A stretch of 57,789 nt of DNA from a virus (taxonomy: Duplodnaviria; Caudoviricetes). Each line of letters starts with the position of its first letter. The stretch's first letter is position 1. The stretch lies in IMG/VR virus record IMGVR_UViG_3300044617_001276, positions 1 to 57,789 of that record; one strand, written 5' to 3'. Below the pieces are notes generated by a model, which worked only from the letters and a program-made list of their open reading frames with translations, was not told the origin of the DNA and made no database searches. The translations under genes and the position numbers were made by a program. This document shows positions 17,854 to 26,629 of this stretch, in pieces.

Positions 17854-18261
17854 TCAGATGAATGCCCGGACAGCCAGCGGGTCGCCTTCGACCTTGCCGA
17901 TTATGTCCAAGTCGTTAAAGATCACAAACATCGCGCTCTCACCATCTTCCATCGCAACTTCCCAACGGTCGCCGCCGTACTTCGGCACGCGCACGAAGTC
18001 GCCGGGATGCGCCCACGAACCTTCGGGCCATGCTTCCAAGTTGTTGCGATTCCGGTAAGCCACTGGGCCGTGTGAGATCACTTTCCCAACTTGCGTGTTC
18101 CACTTTTCTGTGTCGCGCGAACCGGTGTCGATGATGATGCCGCCTGCGGATTTTTTCTTGGGCGTGCGAATCTGCACCAGAACGCGGCTACCAAAAGGCT
18201 GAATGCCAGCGTCTACCGCTGGAAAAGCCTCTGCCAATGCGTCCTCAGATGTCTGGGTCAT
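17854..18261 (-). CDS. groES: Phage co-chaperonin GroES-like
   Basis: PFGSRVLV...KSAGGII...GKVISHGP...GDFV...KYGG...NDLDIIG. Confidence 0.85.
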   Translation of the reverse strand: MTQTSEDALAEAFPAVDAGIQPFGSRVLVQIRTPKKKSAGGIIIDTGSRDTEKWNTQVGKVISHGPVAYRNRNNLEAWPEGSWAHPGDFVRVPKYGGDRWEVAMEDGESAMFVIFNDLDIIGKVEGDPLAVRAFI

Positions 18262-18442
18262 TGTCCTTTTCCTCTTTCAAAAGTTGCAAGAGCACATTGA
18301 TGGCGGCTTCGTAACCTTGTACGATGCCGACACGATACCCGTACTCAAAGGTGTCTCGTGTTTGGGGCCGCTTCAAGGCGTCCAGCGCGAATGACTGCTG
18401 GTCGGCCTTGAGACGGTTGAATAGTTGATCGATTACATTCAC
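18245..18442 (-). CDS. Small conserved protein between portal and GroES
   Basis: 65 aa, FEYGYRVGIVQGYE, GTGA coupling. Confidence 0.65.
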   Translation of the reverse strand: MNVIDQLFNRLKADQQSFALDALKRPQTRDTFEYGYRVGIVQGYEAAINVLLQLLKEEKDNDPDI

Positions 18443-18579
18443 GCAGGGGTCTTTGGACCGGTGGCTGGCGCTGCTGGCAGCGTTTGGCCGTTCAGTTTTT
18501 CACCTGCTGCCATGCGGTGGTGTTGCTTGACTGCGCCGCCTGCCATGGGAACAGTGCCGGGTGTTGGTTTGTCGCTCAT
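18439..18579 (-). CDS. 46-aa hypothetical protein (MSDKPTPGTVPMAGG...)
   Basis: Not in the ORF track. It has an AGGAG RBS and fills the gap after the portal gene. Confidence 0.55.
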   Translation of the reverse strand: MSDKPTPGTVPMAGGAVKQHHRMAAGEKLNGQTLPAAPATGPKTPA

Positions 18580-18597
18580 TGCGTTCTCCTAAAAAAG

Positions 18598-21078
18598 TTA
18601 ACGAGTGCCAGGATTGATGCCGGTGCCTGTGCTCACCGCGATTTTTTCGCCGCTCGCTATTTCCGCAGCAGCCAAGCGCATAGCAGTGTCGTTGTCGGCG
18701 GTGTTCATGCGCTCGCGTGCACCGATTTCTGCCGCTGTGCGTTCGTTTTCTGCCAGTTGACGTACTTCTTCCTGCCGCAAACGCTCTGCACGCTCCTGCG
18801 CGCGGTCGGCCAACTTCTGTTGTTCGATTTGCGCTTGTTGAGCGAGACGCTGTTGTTCGCTTTGTGCGCGCTGTTGCAGTGCAGCTTGTTGCACTTGCGC
18901 ACCGATTTGAGCAACTTGTAGGGAGCTGTCTGGCGGCATTGGTGGTTGTGGCTTGAATTGCTCTGCAGCTTGCGAGAGCTGCGCCAACTCTTGTGCGAAT
19001 CCACCCAGTTGTTGCTCGATGAACTGTTGCACTTGCAAAATGACCGCTGCTTGTTGAGCGGCTTCGTCCGAAATGAGCTGTTCGTCGGTCGCTTTTTCGA
19101 CTGCTTCGTGCGCTTCCACCAAGTAATAGTTCAACAAATGGTCGCGCAAGTGCAATGCAATCGGATAAAGGTAAGTTTTTGTGATCGCCGGGTTCATGCC
19201 GAACAACGGCGACTTCAAAAATGCGACGTGCGTTTGTATATGCGCCATGTGATCCTGTTTCGGCAGCACATAAATGGGCCTGCCCATGGCTGCCGCGACG
19301 TTTTCTGAGACAGGATCCACGTCATCCTTGCCCGGATCCGGCTTCAACACATCGTTGTCGGGGATTTTCATCGCCCGCAAAAACATTTCCTCAACTTTCC
19401 GCTGGTCATACATGCCCGGCATCATCGCCGCGCGCTGCATCAACGCTTGAACTTGAGCGAATCGCTGTGTTTCCGAGAAAATTGCCGGGTCAGAAACAGG
19501 AATGACGTCCAACGGGCCGTCGAAATCTTGCGGCTGGATGTCCAACCCTGCGTCGTAACCTTCGACAACTTCGTCAGTGAGGTAAGCAGAGTTGATGCGG
19601 TGCAAAATCTTGAACACACGCGCCATGGAGTTGTGCAAGCGCGAATGAATCGAGCTGAACACCACCATGCCTTGTTCAATCAACGCCAGTGTCGTGCCGA
19701 CCGGCTGGTTGGGGTTGGCGTCGGAGAGTTTTTCGAACGACGTTTGCACCACACCCTTGCCTGCGTCCACCAAGAATCCGAGCAGCTGGAACAACACAGC
19801 GGAAGGCGGGTTGAACGGCATAGGCATCGCCAACTTGCGGATGTCGTCGATCAGCGCGCCGCCTTCGATTTCTGCCACTTCGGTCGGCTGGAGGTTGAGC
19901 GTTTGTCCGTTGGGGCCGCCCTTCAACTTCAGCAACGTCGGAATGTTTTGGATGTGGGCGCTGTCGAGCAGCGCGCGCAATGCGCCGGTGGCCGCGCCCG
20001 ACAAGCCGCCGATCATGTGCGTGAGCCCGATGGGGTATGCACCGCGCCAAGGCACGAATGGAAACTCAACAATCCAATCCAACTCGCGGCGCTGTTCGTC
20101 TTCTGGCTCCCAGTTGCGGTAAAGCGCCAGCGCTTTGCCGGAACTCTTGTCGATGGAGATGATGTAGGGTTCGACGCCGTCACCGAAGTCCAAGTGAGTG
20201 TAGACTTCGAAGATGGTGCGCAAGCCGTCTTCGTTGTAGGCGGTGTCCTTGCGCCCTTCGATCTTGTCGTTGGCTTGCGAGCTCTTGCTGAACTCCGGGT
20301 CTTCCGGTTGTCCAACGTCGACGTCGGAATACATTCCAGCCTTCACGCGCCGCTGGTATTCCATCTTGGTGATGTATTGGACGTGCGTCTTGCGCTCGGC
20401 GCTATAAAAGTTCGTGGCCGCGAACGGCAGGTAAATGTCGTCGATGGCAATGAACTCGCTCATCGGGCGCTTCCACTGCGCGTTCCACATGAGCTTCAGG
20501 TACTGACCGCCGCCCAACGGCAACTGCGTCGAGAGTTGCTCCAGCTCGCTGCGGAACTCTGGCATTTGTTCGGTCGTTTGCCAGTTCATGAACTCGGCCT
20601 TGCGCCGCGCCTTGTCGACTTTCTCTTTGTCGTGCTCGCCCAGGATCTTGCTCTTCACCGGGCCGGAAGGCGGGAACACTTCCTTCATGAAGCGCGCCGA
20701 GAAGTCTACGCAAGCTTCGACCAGCATCGGGTGCACCACCTTGTTGGCGCCAGTGAACTGAGCGCCGCCGGGCGCGTCGTCGCCCAACCCTGTGCGGCGC
20801 AACCCTTCCTCATACTGCTTGTCGCGCTTTTCCCGCGCTTCCTTATCCTTGTCGATCTTTTCCAGCAAGTCTTGCACCGCTGTTTTCAGCTCGGCGGCGT
20901 CGACTTCCTCGACGATGTTGGCGAAGTGTTCAAGGTGCTTGCGCGCATCCTCTTGGTTTTCCAAGCGAATGATCGCGCCGCCGTCTTCTGTTTCCTCAAC
21001 GTCGAGCTCGTCTTCGTCCAGCTCGACCATCTCGCCTTTTTCTTCGTCGTCCTCAAACGACTGATTCATCTCAGCCAT
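18598..21078 (-). CDS. Portal protein
   Basis: 826 aa with HPMLVEACVDF.AR, FVPWRGAY.IGL.H.IG.L, PVGTTLALIEQG..V.S.IH.RLH and PVSDP, plus a Gln-rich coiled-coil barrel. Confidence 0.88.
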   Translation of the reverse strand: MAEMNQSFEDDEEKGEMVELDEDELDVEETEDGGAIIRLENQEDARKHLEHFANIVEEVDAAELKTAVQDLLEKIDKDKEAREKRDKQYEEGLRRTGLGDDAPGGAQFTGANKVVHPMLVEACVDFSARFMKEVFPPSGPVKSKILGEHDKEKVDKARRKAEFMNWQTTEQMPEFRSELEQLSTQLPLGGGQYLKLMWNAQWKRPMSEFIAIDDIYLPFAATNFYSAERKTHVQYITKMEYQRRVKAGMYSDVDVGQPEDPEFSKSSQANDKIEGRKDTAYNEDGLRTIFEVYTHLDFGDGVEPYIISIDKSSGKALALYRNWEPEDEQRRELDWIVEFPFVPWRGAYPIGLTHMIGGLSGAATGALRALLDSAHIQNIPTLLKLKGGPNGQTLNLQPTEVAEIEGGALIDDIRKLAMPMPFNPPSAVLFQLLGFLVDAGKGVVQTSFEKLSDANPNQPVGTTLALIEQGMVVFSSIHSRLHNSMARVFKILHRINSAYLTDEVVEGYDAGLDIQPQDFDGPLDVIPVSDPAIFSETQRFAQVQALMQRAAMMPGMYDQRKVEEMFLRAMKIPDNDVLKPDPGKDDVDPVSENVAAAMGRPIYVLPKQDHMAHIQTHVAFLKSPLFGMNPAITKTYLYPIALHLRDHLLNYYLVEAHEAVEKATDEQLISDEAAQQAAVILQVQQFIEQQLGGFAQELAQLSQAAEQFKPQPPMPPDSSLQVAQIGAQVQQAALQQRAQSEQQRLAQQAQIEQQKLADRAQERAERLRQEEVRQLAENERTAAEIGARERMNTADNDTAMRLAAAEIASGEKIAVSTGTGINPGTR

Positions 21079-23227
21079 GGAATTCCTCTTTCAGTTGCGA
21101 CACAATTGTGTCGATTTCATTGGGGTCATAGTTGACCAAGCCGCCGCCTGCATAACCGGGGCGCGGCATGCGCAGCTCTGTCGGGGCGGCGAATGGACTT
21201 TGGCCGCGCTGCCTGCGTGTGTCGGCCCATGAGCGCGCCTTGCTGTAAACTTCTTCTGTCGGCTCTTCGTTCGCCAACAATGCGTCCAGCTCCTGCGCTG
21301 TCAGGGTCGGCACGATGAGCGGGTATTCGCCGCTCTCGTCTTCGGTCGAGATTTCTGTCGAATGACCTCCGGCCTTGTTCGGCAACTTGCCGAAGTACCC
21401 TTTGCCCTTCAACCCTTCTCCGCTGTGACGGATGCCATGAGGAGCGAATCCCTGCACAGCTTCCTCAGCGATACGCGAGATCTCGTCAGGGTCGTAAGCC
21501 ACCAAGCCGCCAGCGGCGTAGCCGGGTGCAACCTGTCCACGACCGCGCAATATTTCCTCGATGGCTTCTGGTTCAAAGTTCATCTCGTAATACGCTGTCA
21601 CAGGCTTCGGCGCTTCACCAGCCTTTGCAACGTCCATCACATCGATCGGGTTGATCGTCACGCCGGGGATCTTGCCGAGCGGTTTGATGCCTTCGCGAAC
21701 GATTTGTTGATCATAAATCGATGCATACTTCGTTGGGTTGTTTCCGCGCACCAATGATATGGTGCGAGCTGTCGGCATGTAAATGGTCGTCACGCCGCGC
21801 TCTAAAGCGTTCTGAACAGCCGCCTTGAAAAGCGTTCCGTGCACTTGGCGCAACGCACCTTTTTGTTCAGCGCTGAACGCCGCCTTCTGAGCGTCAGATT
21901 GAATCTCTTCGATGATGGCGCTGTTCGGCTTAAGGTTGATTACAGCTTTGTCTTTGCTTGTGCCGCCGGGAACGAACGCCGTCGCGTCTGTTTTGTCTGC
22001 TGGTATTACGGTTCCGCGAATGTGGCCGATCAAACCCATGCTTTCTGGTTCGTGCGCGCCATAGTGTTCGTAGAAAACACCGGCTCTGTCTGGGTGTGAA
22101 ACTCCAATTTCGAAATAATTAGACTCGTTCAGCTCACGCCTGACAGGATCAGGCAACAAACGCTGATAATCTTCATAACGATAACCGGAAGCTGTTACAA
22201 AATCATCCGCATATTCTGCGAGATTTTCGGCTGTGTGGCGGACAGCCTCATCAAATTCTTCTTGCACCAAATTGTGATACAAATGCGGATCTTCAATCAT
22301 GCCATCGCGCTCTAACGCTCGGCGAAGTGGAACCGGCATTTCTTCCGGGCCTATGTTGCCAAGGTGATACTCTTGCAGCGCGCCGATGTAGTTCCTGTAC
22401 TGCCCTTCTGGTATGCGTCGAATATTCAAGCGGTCCAACACCATTTCAAAAACAGCCGAACCATCCTCGTTCACCAAATCGTAGGCTTGTTCCATAAATT
22501 CGTCATGAGTGGTTCCACCTGCTTGCTTCAAATCTAAAACATCGTATTCAGACGGCGGTATGCGAGCTTCGAAATCAGTTTTGCTGATCTTGGTTCCAGG
22601 AACAAGGTCGTCATACTTGCTGGCAAGCTCTATAAAAGCGTCTTTGGTGACGCCGGGCGTGCTTTTGGCTTGCGACAGGAACGATTCAACAGGCTGCACG
22701 TCTGGTCCGCGCAAAATTTCTTTGCTGAGCACAGGTGTCAAGTTCAAGTTGCCCTGCGGTTTCACGATGGCCATCGTCGGTGCGACGCCATACTTCTCAG
22801 CCAAGTTCACTGCGCTGCGTGCTGCGTAGGGCGCTGCCGCCTTCATGCCGCGCTGAACAGCTTGCGCACCTTGTTTCACTGTGGTGGGCGTGATGGGCAA
22901 CGGCAAATAAGTTCCCACTTCCTCGAATCCTGCACCTTCCTTCGTGGGCGTCGTCAAGCGCGGAACCTTGCTCAAGATTTGTTCTGTGGTCGGCAACGAG
23001 CGCAAGCCGCGAATGTCGAACCCCTGACCGATGTCGCCAGCGAATCCAGGGATGGCCGCAGCTGACCCGCGCAGGACAGACTCCAAGTTGGACGCACCCT
23101 CACCATAAACGCGCTTCAACAATCCCAACACGTCTGTCTTTTGTTGCGGTGTGCCGGAATACTTGCGCATCAAGTCGCGCAGCGAGCGCGGTGCGTCTTC
23201 GTACGAGCCTAGAGAGATTTCATCCAT
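21071..23227 (-). CDS. Large multidomain protein between terminase and portal (possibly injected)
   Basis: 718 aa with a HY...GHIRG...IIEEIQSD module and a duplicated GYA.GGLV.YDP.EI segment. Confidence 0.65.
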   Translation of the reverse strand: MDEISLGSYEDAPRSLRDLMRKYSGTPQQKTDVLGLLKRVYGEGASNLESVLRGSAAAIPGFAGDIGQGFDIRGLRSLPTTEQILSKVPRLTTPTKEGAGFEEVGTYLPLPITPTTVKQGAQAVQRGMKAAAPYAARSAVNLAEKYGVAPTMAIVKPQGNLNLTPVLSKEILRGPDVQPVESFLSQAKSTPGVTKDAFIELASKYDDLVPGTKISKTDFEARIPPSEYDVLDLKQAGGTTHDEFMEQAYDLVNEDGSAVFEMVLDRLNIRRIPEGQYRNYIGALQEYHLGNIGPEEMPVPLRRALERDGMIEDPHLYHNLVQEEFDEAVRHTAENLAEYADDFVTASGYRYEDYQRLLPDPVRRELNESNYFEIGVSHPDRAGVFYEHYGAHEPESMGLIGHIRGTVIPADKTDATAFVPGGTSKDKAVINLKPNSAIIEEIQSDAQKAAFSAEQKGALRQVHGTLFKAAVQNALERGVTTIYMPTARTISLVRGNNPTKYASIYDQQIVREGIKPLGKIPGVTINPIDVMDVAKAGEAPKPVTAYYEMNFEPEAIEEILRGRGQVAPGYAAGGLVAYDPDEISRIAEEAVQGFAPHGIRHSGEGLKGKGYFGKLPNKAGGHSTEISTEDESGEYPLIVPTLTAQELDALLANEEPTEEVYSKARSWADTRRQRGQSPFAAPTELRMPRPGYAGGGLVNYDPNEIDTIVSQLKEEFHG

Positions 23228-23231
23228 GGTC

Positions 23232-23489
23232 TCACCACTTTGTCTTGGCGGCCCAGTATGCCGCGCTCATTTTGCCTTTGGCGATGTTCTTGGCGTGACG
23301 CGCCTTGAACGACTCATTGCGTGCGGTGCCCTCGGGTGAACCCTTGACGCCTTGTTGGCCGAAGCGTATGACCTTCTCCTGCCCATCCGTGCACGCCTTC
23401 ACGATGTGGCTCTTCTTCGGGTGGTCGGGCGTGCTGCGCGGCTTGTTGCACGCCATCTTGCTCTTGTCAGGTTGCTTGGCCATGATCAA
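23232..23489 (-). CDS. Small basic protein
   Basis: HPKKSHIVKAC...RFGQQG...SFKARHAKNIAKGKMSAAYWA..KW. Confidence 0.7.
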   Translation of the reverse strand: MIMAKQPDKSKMACNKPRSTPDHPKKSHIVKACTDGQEKVIRFGQQGVKGSPEGTARNESFKARHAKNIAKGKMSAAYWAAKTKW

Positions 23490-23653
23490 CCCTTCTTGCG
23501 CGCCGCGCGCATGTTGTCGACAAGGTTCGGGTAAGGTCGTCCGGCGCTCTTGGCCATGCTCTTGGCGCTGGACTTTTGCTTCTTGCTGAGCGCTTTCGGC
23601 TCAGGCAGGTCTTTGGGGCGAGCTCTGTCCCAAACAGGCTTCTTAGGCTGCAT
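23486..23653 (-). CDS. Small Lys/Arg-rich protein
   Basis: MQPKKPVW...AKSAGRPYPNLVDNMRAAR, overlapping the terminase stop. Confidence 0.65.
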   Translation of the reverse strand: MQPKKPVWDRARPKDLPEPKALSKKQKSSAKSMAKSAGRPYPNLVDNMRAARKKG

Positions 23654-25214
23654 AGGGGTTGATCCTTTCGCGCTTGAACTGACGCGGCTCGTCTGGGTCG
23701 CGCGCCTTGGGCAACTCGAACCAACCGTCGTTCTTGAGGTAAATGACAGCCTGCGTGAACGTGTCGACATAATCGTCGTGCTCGGCCACAGGGAACTTTT
23801 CCAGCTGCTTAATGAATGGCAATGCCCAACTCACTGCATGGCCGGGGTTCTTGCTGCTCTCAGGCACCCACACGTGCCCAAGCTCCAGTGTCGGAGCCGC
23901 CTGATGCGCCCGGCTCACCTTGTCGGCGTTGCCGGGGTTGTAACCGACTGCGGGCACACGTGCGAGCCGCAAGTCCTGCAACAGCGACTGTCCTGACGCC
24001 TTCGCTTCCACCAACACGCGGTCTGGTCGGCGCGCCGCGCGCAACCCGTCCTTGACCGTTGTGCCGCCGTATTCGGTTTGCCAATCCCTGATCGCCCTTG
24101 TGCGCAGCTCAGGGTACGACAAGTGTTCGTCCCATGCGTCAATCAACATCACGTGGCGGTCGCCTTCATGCGTGAACACCGCGTACACGCTGCACGCTGT
24201 CGGGTCACCTGTCGTCTTTTCAGTGAACGCACAGTCATAGCTTTGCAAGATGTATTCGAACTGCGGCAACCCTTTGTCGTGGGGCCACAGTCGCAGGTGC
24301 TTGGTCTTCAGAATCCCGCCTTCGGCTGGTTGCGGATCCTGTTGCAGCTGACCCGCCGTTCCGTACACCCCCAGCAGCTGCTTGAGCTCGGTGATTTCTT
24401 TTTCGCCAAAGCGTTCCGGACATATGAGCTCGCCTTTTGTCGTGCGCGGATCGTATGGGCCCATCACCGTCTTGCGTCGCACGCCATCCCACTCAGCCGG
24501 GATCATCAAGTGTTCCCAGCCGCCGATGTCCTCCAGGATGTGACCGCTGATGTCTTTTTCGTGCAGCCGCTGCATGATGGTGATCATCGCGTCACGCTTC
24601 GGATCGTTGAGTCGCGTCGACCAAACAACGTCGAACCATTCCAGCGCGCTCTGACGAATGACGTCTGATTGAGCTTCCTGCGCGGAGTGCGGATCGTCCA
24701 GCAACAACCGCGAGCCGCCTTCACCGGTCGCTGTGCCGCCCACAGAGGTCGCGAGCCGGTAGCCTGTCTTGTCGTTTTCGAATCGCTGCTTGGCGTTCTG
24801 GTCACCTGAGAGCTCGAACAGCTGGCCCCAACGCTCTTGGTACCACGGGCTCTGCACGAGCCGCCGCGCCTTCAGGTTGTCGCGGATGGAGAGTGTGCCG
24901 CTGTATGACGCGCACAGATACTTTTCCTGCGGTGAGACCTGCCACTCCCACATCGGGAACATAACGCTCACGATGGTTGATTTGGAGTGTCGCGGTGGAA
25001 TGTTGATGAGCAGCTTGCGCAGCTCACCGGAGCTGATCGCTTCCAAGTGTTCGCAGATCAACTCAATGTGCCAGCTGGGAATGAACTCGACGCCCGGCTC
25101 AACAATCGGCCAAGCTTGTCTTACGAACTCATAAAGTGACGCGCTCGCCGCGCGCCGTTCTTTCTCACGACGGATCGCGTCAAGCATCACGACAGGACTG
25201 ATGCGTGCATTCAT
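23643..25214 (-). CDS. terL: Terminase large subunit
   Basis: Walker A INIPPRHSKST, Walker B LLLDDPH, nuclease SYDCA and HDDYVD. Start placed at MNARIS (TGATG overlap). Confidence 0.93.
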   Translation of the reverse strand: MNARISPVVMLDAIRREKERRAASASLYEFVRQAWPIVEPGVEFIPSWHIELICEHLEAISSGELRKLLINIPPRHSKSTIVSVMFPMWEWQVSPQEKYLCASYSGTLSIRDNLKARRLVQSPWYQERWGQLFELSGDQNAKQRFENDKTGYRLATSVGGTATGEGGSRLLLDDPHSAQEAQSDVIRQSALEWFDVVWSTRLNDPKRDAMITIMQRLHEKDISGHILEDIGGWEHLMIPAEWDGVRRKTVMGPYDPRTTKGELICPERFGEKEITELKQLLGVYGTAGQLQQDPQPAEGGILKTKHLRLWPHDKGLPQFEYILQSYDCAFTEKTTGDPTACSVYAVFTHEGDRHVMLIDAWDEHLSYPELRTRAIRDWQTEYGGTTVKDGLRAARRPDRVLVEAKASGQSLLQDLRLARVPAVGYNPGNADKVSRAHQAAPTLELGHVWVPESSKNPGHAVSWALPFIKQLEKFPVAEHDDYVDTFTQAVIYLKNDGWFELPKARDPDEPRQFKRERINPYAA

Positions 25215-25465
25215 CAATGCTCTCCGCGCATTCGTCTTATGGCCGGGCCGCAGTGGTTCGCCCAAACGCCATCGTCCATGCTCTCCAACACCTGAGCGAT
25301 ACATTCACGCTGACAAGCCGCCACCCACTCAGCGTAGTCGCGCAACAACTCCGGCGTCAACGTCACCGCCAAGCCTGACGGCGTTTCCTGCACATCACCA
25401 AACCGCTGCAACCAATCCTCGATCACTTCAATCTCAGCGCCGATTGGCGTGCGGTCAATGTTCAT
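25214..25465 (-). CDS. Hypothetical protein
   Basis: 83 aa, coupled on both sides. VAACQRECIA resembles the AAAEREACA family. Confidence 0.55.
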   Translation of the reverse strand: MNIDRTPIGAEIEVIEDWLQRFGDVQETPSGLAVTLTPELLRDYAEWVAACQRECIAQVLESMDDGVWANHCGPAIRRMRGEH

Positions 25466-25755
25466 GCACCACCTGCTTTCGACAACAACCGTTGCATCGT
25501 TTCCAACTCTGCATCTGACAACCCGGTCATGTCGATCGCCGCAACACTGATCGGCCCACCGTCTTGGCCGGTCATTTCACTACGGGCTAAATCCGGCAGA
25601 ATCTTGCCGAGAACAATTTTCGCTGCATTGATCTGGGTTGGTGTCAAATCAATTTCGCCATCGACGTGCTGAACCAAACGGTTCATGATCATCGATGCAC
25701 GAATGTTTTGTTTCCAATCGTCGGTCAACGCGACCTTGCGTTTCCTAGCTGCCAT
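25462..25755 (-). CDS. Terminase small subunit (probable)
   Basis: TQINAAKIVLGKILPDL..SEMTGQDGGPI...LSDAEL, upstream of TerL. Confidence 0.7.
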   Translation of the reverse strand: MAARKRKVALTDDWKQNIRASMIMNRLVQHVDGEIDLTPTQINAAKIVLGKILPDLARSEMTGQDGGPISVAAIDMTGLSDAELETMQRLLSKAGGA

Positions 25756-26321
25756 CGCATATTCTCCAAACTGAGCGTTTCACAACGCTGTTTGAACGCA
25801 TTTCGCGCTTTGGCATCGCGCAAAATCATTCTGGCAAAAGTGCCGCACATCTTATGAACTGCCTGACGCAATGGCGTCAAATTGTTCCCCGCATCGGGGT
25901 TCAACAACCAACGAGCAACGCCCAAAACGATTTCAGGACTGAATCGTTGAACAACGACATGCAACGGCGCTGAAGGAACATCAGCAACGCCAGAAACGAA
26001 TTTCTTTGCCTGCTCTGGGCCGCCGCCAGGAGCGACATTCGTCAAACGATGCAAACCGATCTCGGCGATGAGGTCGCGCTCAAAATCCAACGCTGCGCGC
26101 TCGTCCCAAAAGAACGCCAATTGCTTTTTGGCAATTTCAAATCCAGCAGAGGCTATCTCGTTGATTTTGTTGCACTTTTCAGAACATACTCCAGCAGCAG
26201 CCTCTTTTTCGTGATGATCAATCCTATTGCCGCGACCTTTGCCAACGTAAAACGGCTTGCCATCTCTTGGATCGACAAGAACGTAAACGTACCAAATGGC
26301 AATTATCTCAAGGGTATACAT
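25725..26321 (-). CDS. GIY-YIG-family nuclease domain protein
   Basis: YVYVLVDPRDGKPFYVGKGRGNR..HH...E..A...E..LI...LTN. Confidence 0.75.
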   Translation of the reverse strand: MYTLEIIAIWYVYVLVDPRDGKPFYVGKGRGNRIDHHEKEAAAGVCSEKCNKINEIASAGFEIAKKQLAFFWDERAALDFERDLIAEIGLHRLTNVAPGGGPEQAKKFVSGVADVPSAPLHVVVQRFSPEIVLGVARWLLNPDAGNNLTPLRQAVHKMCGTFARMILRDAKARNAFKQRCETLSLENMRWQLGNARSR

Positions 26322-26327
26322 AAAAAA

Positions 26328-26356
26328 ATTATCGCCGCGCTCTGCCCTGCCGGCAA
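26328..26356 (-). promoter_or_regulatory. sigma70-like promoter TTGCCG-N17-GATAAT (leaderless transcript likely)
   Basis: The -10 element ends 6 nt before the ATG at 26321, and no SD is present. Confidence 0.55.
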
Positions 26357-26405
26357 CAATCTTCGCCGCGCATATAATTTACGCGCTCTCGAAAAAAGTT
26401 CCATC

Positions 26406-26629
26406 CATCTCGGGTACGCCGCTGTTCCTGAGATGCCCGAGTGCCCAAGATTTCCTATTCTTCTCTTTTTACTAATTTAAATGAATTTAATTATGTATTA
26501 TCAAACAATTAATAAGTTGGGCGTCTTGGGCTTTTGCTTCAATCTCGGGATCGGAATTCCGAGGTGCCCGAGAATTTAATTATTTTAATCCGCACCCGAG
26601 ATAATATCGCGGCGTCCAATCTCGGGATC
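26406..26629. repeat. Candidate replication origin: CCCGAGAT-like repeats around an AT-rich core
   Basis: About nine copies in both orientations (26407, 26427, 26436, 26444, 26523, 26542, 26567, 26595, 26619). AT-rich core at 26452-26516, directly downstream of the helicase gene. Confidence 0.6.

Noticed and set aside
19447-21135. 562-aa plus-strand ORF
   Set aside because: Antisense shadow of the portal gene caused by codon bias. It has no recognisable motifs or RBS.
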